Below are positions 38,623 to 47,835 of a DNA stretch of 64,000 bases, piece by piece. Below the pieces are notes generated by a model that was not told the DNA's origin, did not search any database, and saw only the letters and a list, made by a program, of their open reading frames with translations. The DNA lies in NCBI GenBank assembly GCA_965203355.1, contig OZ241889.1:2560001-2624000 (forward strand), written 5' to 3'. Origin of the DNA: Candidatus Latescibacterota bacterium. GTDB lineage: Bacteria; Latescibacterota; UBA2968; UBA8231. The first letter of the stretch is position 1; the number at the start of each line of letters is the position of its first letter. Made by a program: the position numbers and the translations under genes.

Positions 38623-39840
38623 ATGGCTGTTGCTGATCTATCCCGCCGCATCCGCCTTGGCGAGGACTCGACGTTAGAACTCAAGCGCGTCGTACTGTCC
38701 GGTGACCGCGTTACCAGTCCGCGTCGAAACGAGTTGGCCGACGAACTCGCCGCTTTTGCCAATAGCCGGAGCGGAACCCTTGTCTTGGGAGTGGATGACG
38801 AGACCCGCGAAGTCTTGGGGATCCCTTTAGAGGGCTTGGATGCGGTCGAAGGTTGGGTGCGCGAGATCTGCAACGACTCGGTGAATCCCGCACTCAGCGT
38901 TGACATCCGCAAGCTGGAATTGCCGGACGCCACTGGAGCACTCGTTCCGGTCATCTGCATTGACATTGTTCGTAGCCTGTTCGTCCACAGGAGTCCGGGC
39001 GGCTACTTCCGCAGAATCGGCAGTTCAAAGCGCGAAATGGCTGCTGAGTCTTTGGCGCGGCTCTTTCAAGAGCGCAGCCAGAGCCGCGTGATCCGCTTCG
39101 ATGAATCAGTGGTTCCTCGCACCTCGCCAGAGCACCTCGACGAGGAACTGACGCGCCGGTTCCTCCGCGAAGACGCCCGGCTGACTGAGGATACTTTGCA
39201 CAAGCTCCGCATCGTCGCTGCCGACGAGGAGGACGTCACACGCCTCACACTCGCCGGCGTTCTGCTATGTACGCGGGCGCCGCAACAATGGATGCCCCAC
39301 GCATACATACAAGCCGTCAGCTATGCAGGGGAACGGACGGATGTCAACTACCAGACCGACGCGCGCGATATTGAAGGGCCACTCGACGAGCAGGTTGCGG
39401 AAGCCTTGCACTTCGTACGGCGGAATATGCTGGTGCGAGCGACCAAAGTGACGGCCCGGGTTGATCGCCAGCAATTCAGCGAGCGGGCCGTGTTTGAGGC
39501 ACTCGTCAACGCCGTGGCACATCGGGACTATTCGCTGGGAGGTTCGCGGGTGCGCCTGCACATGTTCGGGGATCGCCTCGAACTATACGTCCCTGGTGCA
39601 TTGGCGAATACGCTCTCGCCGGATAGTCTGCATCTGCGGCAATCCAACCGCAATGAACTGGTCGTGTCGCTGCTGGCCCGTTGTCCCGCCCCGGCCGGTC
39701 TTGGACGGACGCACTTGATGGACCGACGCGGCGATGGGGTGCCGATCATCCGAGCGGAGTGCCAGCAGCTTGCGGGTCGTCTCCCCGAGTACAGCCTGAT
39801 TGACGACAGCGAGTTGCGGTTGGTGATTTGGTCGGCGTAG
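38623..39840 (+). CDS. AlbA_2 (Schlafen-like) domain + HATPase_c_4 (RecG C-terminal-like) protein
   Basis: GEDSTLELK, AAFANSRSGTLVLGVDD, EALVNAVAHRDY, DRLELYVPG, DRRGDGV. Confidence 0.85.
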   Translation: MAVADLSRRIRLGEDSTLELKRVVLSGDRVTSPRRNELADELAAFANSRSGTLVLGVDDETREVLGIPLEGLDAVEGWVREICNDSVNPALSVDIRKLELPDATGALVPVICIDIVRSLFVHRSPGGYFRRIGSSKREMAAESLARLFQERSQSRVIRFDESVVPRTSPEHLDEELTRRFLREDARLTEDTLHKLRIVAADEEDVTRLTLAGVLLCTRAPQQWMPHAYIQAVSYAGERTDVNYQTDARDIEGPLDEQVAEALHFVRRNMLVRATKVTARVDRQQFSERAVFEALVNAVAHRDYSLGGSRVRLHMFGDRLELYVPGALANTLSPDSLHLRQSNRNELVVSLLARCPAPAGLGRTHLMDRRGDGVPIIRAECQQLAGRLPEYSLIDDSELRLVIWSA

Positions 39841-39845
39841 CCCGA

Positions 39846-41198
39846 CTAATCGCCAAAAAACTCGCGGTAGAGCGCACGCACGGCTGCGAGAATATCCCCA
39901 GCCGCAATCCCAAACATCATGCTGACCTCGCTCGATCCCTGATTGATCATCTCGATGTTGACCCGGGCGCGGGTAAAGGCCGTACAGGCGCGGGAGGCTA
40001 AGCCGATGGTGTGGTGCATGCCCTCGCCGACGACCATCACCAGGGCGAGGTTGCGGGCGACCGATAGTTCATCTACTGCTAACTCGGTGCGGATCCGGCG
40101 CAGGACTCGCTCTTCGGCCGCGTGGTTGAAATGCGACTCGCGCACGATCACCGACATGTTGTCAATGCCCGATGGCGTGTGCTCAAAGGCGATGCCTTCG
40201 TCTTCAAAAATGGCCAACAAGCGGCGGCCAAAGCCCACTTCGCGGTTCATCAGGTACTTGCTGATGTACACGCTGCAAAACCCATCGGTAGCGGCGATGC
40301 CGACGACCGGATGGGCGCCGACCGCGCGCTTGGGGACGATGCGGGTGCCGGGGGCCTGCGGATTATTGGTGTTTTTGACGACGACTGGGATGCCAGCGTG
40401 AAACACGGGTTCGAGGGCCTCGTCGTGAAACACGGAAAACCCCGCGTAAGAAAGCTCGCGCATCTCGCGGTAGGTAATCTCGGCGACGGCGACTGGGTTT
40501 TTGACCAGCGTGGGATTGGCCACAAAGACCGAATCGACATCTGTGAAGTTTTCGTACCCGGTCGCATCAACGGCCGCGGCGAGGATCGCGCCGGTTATGT
40601 CCGAGCCGCCGCGCGAGAAGGTGACGACGCGGCCGGTGGGCGAATAGCCGAAAAAACCGGGGAAAATGGTGATACCCGGGCGGTCTTTGAGTTGACGCAG
40701 CTGGCCGTAGGACGCCTGCAAGACGCGGGCGTTGCCCGGCTCTTCCGAGAGAATGAGGCCGCCCTCGCCGGGGTCGAGATAGTGGGCTTCGGTGCCTTGG
40801 TGGCGCAGGTACTCGGCGACGAGGCGGGCGCAGTTGTCCTCGCCACCCGCCTTCACGGCGTCTGCGTAGAGTGCTTCGTCGCTGGTGTTCATAGCTAGCC
40901 GCCGCTCAAAGTCGGCGACAATGGGTGCGAGCGCGGTGTCTGGCAAGCCGAGGTCGGAGATGATGGCGGCATAGCGGTCGATGACGCGCGTCATGGCCTG
41001 GCGGCCATCTTGGTTGGTTAGCTGGGCGCGGACCACCTCGATGAGCAGGTCGGTTACTTTGGTGTCGTCTTGGTCGCGCTTGCCCGGAGCCGAGACCACC
41101 ACGAGTCGGCGCGCTGGATCGGCGGTGACAATGGCGCAGATTTTCTCGATTTGCTCGGCTGAGGCGAGGGACGTGCCGCCGAATTTAACTACTTTCAT
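39846..41198 (-). CDS. lysC: Aspartate kinase
   Basis: VVKFGGTS, VVVSAPGKR, TFSRGGSDITG, ENFTDVD, C-terminal ACT domains. Confidence 0.93.
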   Translation of the reverse strand: MKVVKFGGTSLASAEQIEKICAIVTADPARRLVVVSAPGKRDQDDTKVTDLLIEVVRAQLTNQDGRQAMTRVIDRYAAIISDLGLPDTALAPIVADFERRLAMNTSDEALYADAVKAGGEDNCARLVAEYLRHQGTEAHYLDPGEGGLILSEEPGNARVLQASYGQLRQLKDRPGITIFPGFFGYSPTGRVVTFSRGGSDITGAILAAAVDATGYENFTDVDSVFVANPTLVKNPVAVAEITYREMRELSYAGFSVFHDEALEPVFHAGIPVVVKNTNNPQAPGTRIVPKRAVGAHPVVGIAATDGFCSVYISKYLMNREVGFGRRLLAIFEDEGIAFEHTPSGIDNMSVIVRESHFNHAAEERVLRRIRTELAVDELSVARNLALVMVVGEGMHHTIGLASRACTAFTRARVNIEMINQGSSEVSMMFGIAAGDILAAVRALYREFFGD

Positions 41199-41357
41199 TG
41201 GCTTCCTTTGCAATTACAGGTTTACATCATAAAAAATGCACGGATCGCCGTTTTTTCAAATTTGTCTCAAGAAGATTTTATGGTTATTTTAAAGGTTTAT
41301 CATTGAATGCTAAAAATCTGCCGCGCCAACCATCCCGATCCCACGCAAAGGTCCACG

Positions 41358-42329
41358 ATGAAAGCAGTGCGTTTCCACCAGTGCGGTGGCCCGGAAGTCC
41401 TCACCTATGAGGACGTGCCCGCGCCCACACCCGGGCCGGGCGAAGCCGTCGTCGCAATCAAAGCCATCGGTCTAAATTACATCGACACCTATCACCGCGA
41501 AGGGCTGTACCCAGTCGATTTGCCCTGTATTCCCGGCATGGAAGCCGCCGGAGTCGTCGCCCGCGTCGGCCAGGGCACCGAAGGCGTGCAAGTGGGCGAC
41601 CGGGTGGCCTATGCCGGGGTGATGGGGTCGTATGCCGCAGAAGCGGTTGTGCCCGCCGACCGCTTGGTTCCGTTGCCGGCCGCCGCGTCCTATCAGGTGG
41701 GGGCCGCCGCGTTGCTACAGGGCATGACGGCGCATTATCTGGCGCGTGGGTCCTATCGGCTGAGCCGCGGAGACACGGCGCTGATCCACGCGGGGGCTGG
41801 CGGCGTGGGCTTGCTGCTGATTCAGATGGCCAAGCGGTGTGGGGCGCGGGTGTTGACCACGGTCTCCACCGAGGAAAAGGAACAACTTGCGCGGGGTGCT
41901 GGAGCCGATGAGGTCATTCGCTACACCGAGCGCGACTTTGAGCCGGACGTCATGGCACTCACCGACGGGCGCGGCGTCGATGTGGTGTACGATTCCGTCG
42001 GTCAGGCGACCTTTGACAAGAGCTTGAACGTGCTCAGGCCGCTAGGCTACTTGGTGTTGTTCGGGCAGTCGAGCGGCCCGGTCCCGCCCTTTGATCCCGG
42101 CATCCTCAGCACCAAGGGGTCGCTCTTTTTGACGCGGCCAACTATGCTGCACTATACCCAGACCCGCGCGGCCCTATTGGAACGCGCGGGCGCCGTGTTG
42201 GCCTGGATCGCCAGCGGCGAATTGACGCTGCGCATTAGCGCGCACTTTGCCCTGTCGGACGCGGCCGAAGCGCACCGCGCCTTACAGGGGCGCAAGACGA
42301 CCGGCAAGGTCGTTCTCATACCAGAGTGA
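41358..42329 (+). CDS. qor: NADPH:quinone oxidoreductase (zeta-crystallin family)
   Basis: AIGLNYID, PGMEAAG, IHAGAGGVG, VVYDSVG, RKTTGKVVL. Confidence 0.9.
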   Translation: MKAVRFHQCGGPEVLTYEDVPAPTPGPGEAVVAIKAIGLNYIDTYHREGLYPVDLPCIPGMEAAGVVARVGQGTEGVQVGDRVAYAGVMGSYAAEAVVPADRLVPLPAAASYQVGAAALLQGMTAHYLARGSYRLSRGDTALIHAGAGGVGLLLIQMAKRCGARVLTTVSTEEKEQLARGAGADEVIRYTERDFEPDVMALTDGRGVDVVYDSVGQATFDKSLNVLRPLGYLVLFGQSSGPVPPFDPGILSTKGSLFLTRPTMLHYTQTRAALLERAGAVLAWIASGELTLRISAHFALSDAAEAHRALQGRKTTGKVVLIPE

Positions 42330-42349
42330 AGTAGCCAAGGAGGCAGGCG

Positions 42350-43597
42350 ATGACAGAGGCAGATTCCAAGGACGAACTAACTCCGGTCGCAGACCGCACT
42401 GAACAAGGCGAAGACTTTGCTCAGATGCTCGACGCCGAAGGAACACCACCGACTCCGACCGCCAGTGAGGTCGCAGTTGGCGACGAGGTCAGCGGCGTGA
42501 TCGTCAAAATCGAGGACCAGAACAGCTTTGTCGAGTACGGCAGTCGGGATGAGGCCATGATCCGCACCAGTGAGCTCAAAGGTCCCGACGGGGAAATGTT
42601 CGCCAAGGTCGGCGACCCGATCCGGGCTTTTGTCGTGGCTACTGGGGACGAAGTGCTGCTCAGCCGCGGCTTGAGTCGCCAAGATGTCCAAGCCGACTTG
42701 CTCTACCAAGCGTACCGGGCCGGGCTGCCGGTTGAAGGCCGAGTTGACGCGGTCAACAAGGGGGGATTGGGCGTGACCATCGAGGGCGATGTGCGCGGTT
42801 TTTGCCCGATCTCGCAGGTTGATACTCAGTACGTGGAAAACGCCGAAAAGTACCGCGGCCAGACCTTACCCTTTAAAATCATCGAGTTCCGCCATCAAGG
42901 TCGCGTCATCGTCCTGTCGCGCCGGGCCTTGCTCGAAGCCGAGCGGGACCAGGCCGCTGGCTTGGTGCGCAGCCAGCTAAAGAAGGGAGCGCAACTGGCG
43001 GGCAAGATAACTCGGCTGGAGTCTTTTGGGGCTTTCGTTGATTTAGGCTCTGGGGTGGAGGGCCTAGTCCATGTCTCGGAGATCAGCCATCGGCGCGTCG
43101 GCCATCCCCAAGAAACCCTCGAGGTGGGGCAGCAGGTCCGAGTCGCGGTCTTGCGCACCAAGGAGTTGGGCCACCGGCGCAAGGAGCGGATCGCACTGTC
43201 GATCAAGGCACTGGAAAAGGATCCTTGGCAAGAGATCAAAGAGCATTTTGCCGTCGGTACAGTCGCTACCGGCAAGGTCGATGGGCTGGAGGATTTTGGC
43301 GCGTTTGTCGAGTTGGCCGGCGGCGTGCGCGGGCTGGTCCATGTTTCCGAGATCGCCGACCGCCGCATCAGCCACCCACGCGAGGTACTCTCGCTCGCGG
43401 ACGAGGTCAAGGTGGTGGTGCTCGATGTGGATGTCCGCCGCCAGCGCTTGCGCCTGTCGATCAACCAGGTTGATACCCTCGAATCCGCCGCCCATCTCGC
43501 CGAGTTCCGCCAGCGGCAACAGCAGGAACAGGCGCGGGAAGCCGAGCAGGGCAGTGCTATGCTCGAAGCACTCCGGCGCGCCAAACTGACCGATTGA
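42350..43597 (+). CDS. S1 RNA-binding domain protein (ribosomal protein S1-like, four S1 domains)
   Basis: RGFCPISQ, FGAFVDLGSGVEGLVHVSEIS, FGAFVELAGGVRGLVHVSEI. Confidence 0.88.
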   Translation: MTEADSKDELTPVADRTEQGEDFAQMLDAEGTPPTPTASEVAVGDEVSGVIVKIEDQNSFVEYGSRDEAMIRTSELKGPDGEMFAKVGDPIRAFVVATGDEVLLSRGLSRQDVQADLLYQAYRAGLPVEGRVDAVNKGGLGVTIEGDVRGFCPISQVDTQYVENAEKYRGQTLPFKIIEFRHQGRVIVLSRRALLEAERDQAAGLVRSQLKKGAQLAGKITRLESFGAFVDLGSGVEGLVHVSEISHRRVGHPQETLEVGQQVRVAVLRTKELGHRRKERIALSIKALEKDPWQEIKEHFAVGTVATGKVDGLEDFGAFVELAGGVRGLVHVSEIADRRISHPREVLSLADEVKVVVLDVDVRRQRLRLSINQVDTLESAAHLAEFRQRQQQEQAREAEQGSAMLEALRRAKLTD

Positions 43598-43598
43598 G

Positions 43599-44849
43599 AT
43601 GCGGCTGACCGACGCCATTTTTAACCATCCACGCGCCGGGTACTACGGCGAATACGGTGGAGCCTTTGTCCCCGAAATCCTCCGCACGACCCTAGACGAA
43701 CTGACCCAAGTTTTTGCGGACGCGCGCTGCGATCCTTCCTTTTGGGCGGAGTTTGAGCAGGTGATGCGCACGTATTCCTGCCGACCCACCCCAATCACCT
43801 TGCTCGAAAATCTTTCCCGCGAGGTCGGTGGGGCGCGGCTTTTTCTCAAGCGCGAGGACCTCAACCACACCGGGGCCCACAAAGTCAACAACGTGATGGG
43901 CCAAGGCTTGTTGGTGCGCCGCATGGGCAAAAGCCGGGTCATCGCCGAAACGGGTGCCGGCCAGCACGGCGTGGCCACGGCGACGATGGCCGCGCGCTTG
44001 GGACTGGAATGCACTATCTACATGGGGGCTGTCGATGTCGAGCGCCAGCGGCCCAACGTGTTCTGGATGGAGCAACTCGGCGCCGAAGTGGTACCCGTGA
44101 CCGATGGCTCGGCCACGCTCAAGGACGCGATCAACGAGAGCCTCCGCGATTGGGCCTATTCCATGGCCGACACGCACTATGTGCTCGGCACGGCGTGCGG
44201 CCCGCATCCCTTCCCGCAAATCGTCGCCTATTTCCAGCGGATCATCGGCGCGGAGAGCCGCCAGCAGATGTTGGAGTCCGTGGGGTGCCTGCCCGATAGG
44301 GTCTATGCCTGCGTCGGGGGAGGGTCCAATGCCACGGGGCTATTCTTGGGATTTCTCGACGACGCGGCCGTTGAATTGGTCGGGGTCGAGGCCGGAGGCC
44401 GGGGGCTGGAGACGGGCGATCATGCCGCTCGCTTGGCCGGCCTCGTCGGTACGCCTGGCGTCGCTCAGGGCTACAAGACCTTCTTCTTCCAAGATCCCGA
44501 AGGTCAAATGCGGCACACGCATTCGGTAGCGGCGGGGCTAGACTACATCGGCGTCAGTCCGATTCTCGCCCACTTGGCCGAGATAGGCCGGGTGCGCATT
44601 GAAGCGGCGACCGATCGAGAAGTGCTCGCAGCCCTCAAGCGAATGATGCGCCGCGAGGGGATTATCGGTGCGCTCGAAAGCGTCCATGCCTTGGCCGGTG
44701 CCCTGCGCGAAGTGGGCGCGATGATGCCCGATCAAGTCGCGCTGATTGGCCTGTCGGGTCGCGGCGACAAGGATATTTTTACGATTGCCGATGCACTCGA
44801 GGACGAAAACTGGCAGCGATTCCTCGCCGATAGGGCCGCTCGGTCGTGA
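43599..44849 (+). CDS. trpB: Tryptophan synthase beta chain
   Basis: LKREDLNHTGAHKVNN, AETGAGQHG, CVGGGSNA, LSGRGDKD. Confidence 0.97.
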   Translation: MRLTDAIFNHPRAGYYGEYGGAFVPEILRTTLDELTQVFADARCDPSFWAEFEQVMRTYSCRPTPITLLENLSREVGGARLFLKREDLNHTGAHKVNNVMGQGLLVRRMGKSRVIAETGAGQHGVATATMAARLGLECTIYMGAVDVERQRPNVFWMEQLGAEVVPVTDGSATLKDAINESLRDWAYSMADTHYVLGTACGPHPFPQIVAYFQRIIGAESRQQMLESVGCLPDRVYACVGGGSNATGLFLGFLDDAAVELVGVEAGGRGLETGDHAARLAGLVGTPGVAQGYKTFFFQDPEGQMRHTHSVAAGLDYIGVSPILAHLAEIGRVRIEAATDREVLAALKRMMRREGIIGALESVHALAGALREVGAMMPDQVALIGLSGRGDKDIFTIADALEDENWQRFLADRAARS

Positions 44850-45622
44850 ATCTGCAAGCCTATATCGAAGAGCGGCTCACCGAGCGCAAGGTGCTGCTGA
44901 TGACGCATCTGATCGCTGGTTTTCCCACGCTGGAGGCCAACTGGCGGATGCTGGAGATCATGGCCGAAGCCGAGGTCGATCTGGTCGAATTGCAGATGCC
45001 CTTTAGCGAGCCAATCGCCGACGGGCCGACCTTTGCGCGGGCCAACCAGCAGGCCCTCGAAAGCGGCCTTACCCTCGACCAATACTTCGACTTGATGCAG
45101 CGTGCCACTTCGGCTTTTGCCTTTCCGCATTTGATGATGGGCTACTACAACACAGCGTTCCGCTTGGGGCACGGCCCGTTCTGCCGCCGCTTGGCTGCCA
45201 GTGGAGCCTGTGGCTTTATCCTGCCCGATTTGCCGGTCGAAGAGTGCGGCGACCTGTGGGCCGCAAGCGCGGTGTGCGGACAAACGCCCATTGTGCTGAT
45301 GACCCCGACCAATACCGACCAGCGGCTCCAGCAGATCGGGGCCCAAGCCAAGGGGTTTGTCTATGTCGTGGCACGCAAGGGCGTAACGGGTAGCCAGACC
45401 GACTTAGGTGAGGAACTCCGGCGGTTTATTGCGCGGTGCCGCAAAGTGACAGACCTGCCGCTGGGAGTCGGCTTTGGCCTGCGCCGCCGGGAAGATGTGC
45501 GCCAGCTACAGGGCCAAGCCGAAATCGGCATCGTCGGATCGGTGCTGCTGGAGGTCTGGGAGCGAGAAGGGGAGGCGGCCTACGCCGCTCTATTGCGCGA
45601 CTTGGCTGCTGGTCGCGCGTGA
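44846..45622 (+). CDS. trpA: Tryptophan synthase alpha chain
   Basis: ELQMPFSEPIADGP, MGYYN, LPDLP.EE, KGVTG, VGFG. Confidence 0.95.
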   Translation: MNLQAYIEERLTERKVLLMTHLIAGFPTLEANWRMLEIMAEAEVDLVELQMPFSEPIADGPTFARANQQALESGLTLDQYFDLMQRATSAFAFPHLMMGYYNTAFRLGHGPFCRRLAASGACGFILPDLPVEECGDLWAASAVCGQTPIVLMTPTNTDQRLQQIGAQAKGFVYVVARKGVTGSQTDLGEELRRFIARCRKVTDLPLGVGFGLRRREDVRQLQGQAEIGIVGSVLLEVWEREGEAAYAALLRDLAAGRA

Positions 45623-45626
45623 AGAA

Positions 45627-46361
45627 TCAGTCCATGTACAAACCCCCGTTGACGTCGATGGTCTCGCCGGTGATGTGCCGGGCGTCGTCCGAAGCGAGAA
45701 AAAGCGCGCAGTTGGCTACGTCTTCGGGCTGGCCAGAGTGGCCGAGGGGGATGGAGGCCTTGAGCGAGTCGTGTTCAGGGGCGGAAGTCATGGCGGTGTC
45801 AATGACGCCGGGCGCGATGGCGTTGACGCGGATTTAGTGGGGGGCTAAGGCCCGCGCTAAGCCAATGGTCAAGGTGAGGACGCCCGCTTTGGCTGCTGCG
45901 TAGGGGGGGCCAGCGGCTAGGCCGCCGGTTTTGGCCGCCAGAGAAGTCATGTTGATGATGACGCCTTGACGACGCGCCTTCATATGGGGGATGACCGCTT
46001 GGGCGCAGAGGAAAGGGCCTTTCATGTTGACATCGACGATGCGATCCCAGTTCTCTTCGCTGCACGATTCAAAGGTGGTATAAACGAGGTATCCGGCGTT
46101 GTTGACGAGGATGTCGAGTTGGCCGAACTCGTCGAGTACGCGGCTTGTGCCGGCGAGGACTGCCGCTTTGGACGCGATGTCCATTTCCAACCCCAGTGCT
46201 CCTGAGCCGATCGCGGTAGCCGTGGCGCGGGCGGTGTCGGAATCAAGGTCGGCGATGGCCACGCGTGCTCCGTGACGGGCAAAGCACTCGGCGATGGCCC
46301 GCCCGATGCCCCGGCCGGCGCCGGTGATCAATGCGGTCTTGTGCTGTAATTTTCCCGTCAT
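45627..46361 (-). pseudogene. SDR (FabG-like) oxidoreductase with a premature TAA at 45834-45836
   Basis: TGAGRGIG, NNAG, YAAAK; same frame continues after TAA as IRVNAIAPG...ITGETIDVNGGLYMD*. Confidence 0.85.
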
Positions 46362-46499
46362 GGTGCGCTCCTACTGAGAAAATATACTTTTTTGCGCGAC
46401 GCCCCAATGCCGGTGCGGCCGTCTTGTTAAAAGATATAAGATAGGTATAAGGCTACTTAGAGGAGCTAAGCCGAACCTTAGAATCGGGAGTTTTCAGTT

Positions 46500-47759
46500 G
46501 TGAGAAATTTTATCGGAGTCATCCTCGGGGGCGGGCGGGGCACGCGGCTCTTCCCGCTGACTCAGCTTCGCTCCAAGCCAGCCGTGCCGATTGGCGGCAA
46601 GTACCGCTTAATTGACGTTCCCATCAGCAATTGTCTGCATTCTGGGATCAACCGCATCTTCGTCCTGACCCAATTCAATTCTGCCTCGCTGCACCGCCAC
46701 ATTAGCACGACGTATCGCTTTGATTCCTTTTCCGATGGCTTTGCCGAGATCTTGGCCGCCGAGCAGACTCAGGACAATGTCAATTGGTACCAAGGCACGG
46801 CCGATGCCGTGCGCCAACAGCTCAGGCATCTGCTCTCGCGCCCGGTCGAACAAGTGCTAATCCTGTCGGGCGATCACCTTTATCGCATGGATTACCGCGC
46901 CTTTGTCGAAGAGCACCGAGCGCGCGGCGCGGACGTGTCGATTGCGGTCAAGCCCGTAACGCGAGAAGCCGCGCCCGGGCTGGGGATCGTGCAGATGAAT
47001 GCTCAAGGGCGGATTGTAGATTTTCGCGAGAAGCCGCAAGACCCCGCCGAACTGGATGCTCTGCGGCTACCGGCGGCGGCCGACCCCAAGGCGTGCTATA
47101 TGGCCTCTATGGGCGTTTACGTGTTTGAGCCCCAGGTTTTGGTTAGCCTGTTGATGAGCAGCGACCAAGAGGATTTCGGCAAGCACATCATCCCAGATGC
47201 GATTCACAAGGTGGGCGTTTTTGCCCACACCTTTGAAGGATATTGGGAAGACATCGGCACTATTCGCTCTTTTTACGAAGCGAATTTGGCGCTGACCGAT
47301 CGGCAGCCACCTTTTGACTTTTACCGAGCTGACGCACCGATTTACACCCACGCGCGCTTTCTCACTGGGGCGCGGCTGGAGAATTGTCACGTTGAACGTG
47401 GGATTATCTGCGAAGGAACTTCCATTCAGTCGGCCCGGATTGAGCGCTCGGTGATTGGGATTCGCTCGGTGATTGGCGCCAATTGTCAGATTGCCAACAC
47501 CATCGTCATGGGGGCTAACTCGGAAGAGTCTCCGGCGGATCGCGTGCGCAACGCTGCCCAGGGCATTCCAGATATAGGGATTGGCGCCAACAGCGCGATC
47601 ACCGGCGCGATCATCGACAAAAACGTGCGCATCGGCGAGGGCGTTTGCATCGCCAACAAGGAGCAAGGCGTCGAGGCCGATGCGACCAATTACTACATCC
47701 GCGACGGGATCGTGGTTGTGCCTAAAGACGCGGTAATTCCGTCGGGTACTGTGGTATAG
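46500..47759 (+). CDS. glgC: Glucose-1-phosphate adenylyltransferase
   Basis: GGRGTRLFPLT...KPAVP, WYQGTADAV, LSGDHLYRMDY, DFGKHIIP, YWEDIGT. Confidence 0.96.
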   Translation: MRNFIGVILGGGRGTRLFPLTQLRSKPAVPIGGKYRLIDVPISNCLHSGINRIFVLTQFNSASLHRHISTTYRFDSFSDGFAEILAAEQTQDNVNWYQGTADAVRQQLRHLLSRPVEQVLILSGDHLYRMDYRAFVEEHRARGADVSIAVKPVTREAAPGLGIVQMNAQGRIVDFREKPQDPAELDALRLPAAADPKACYMASMGVYVFEPQVLVSLLMSSDQEDFGKHIIPDAIHKVGVFAHTFEGYWEDIGTIRSFYEANLALTDRQPPFDFYRADAPIYTHARFLTGARLENCHVERGIICEGTSIQSARIERSVIGIRSVIGANCQIANTIVMGANSEESPADRVRNAAQGIPDIGIGANSAITGAIIDKNVRIGEGVCIANKEQGVEADATNYYIRDGIVVVPKDAVIPSGTVV

Positions 47760-47772
47760 AAGCGAGTCGGCG

Positions 47773-47816
47773 CAACAAAAGCGGGACCGGTGTAAAACCC
47801 GTCCCGCTTTTTGTTG
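47773..47816. terminator. Bidirectional intrinsic terminator
   Basis: CAACAAAAGCGGGAC-loop-GTCCCGCTTTTTGTTG between convergent genes. Confidence 0.85.
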
Positions 47817-47835
47817 TACGCCTTGCGGCAAAGTC

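Noticed and set aside
38623-39840. Second recG near the real recG
   Set aside because: No helicase motifs; the domain name is a family label and the proximity looks coincidental.
41199-41357. Lysine riboswitch upstream of lysC
   Set aside because: The gap is short, AT-rich and shared with a divergent gene; no recognisable aptamer.
45834-45836. Selenocysteine or pyrrolysine recoding in the SDR
   Set aside because: The codon is TAA, not TGA or TAG, and the position is not catalytic.
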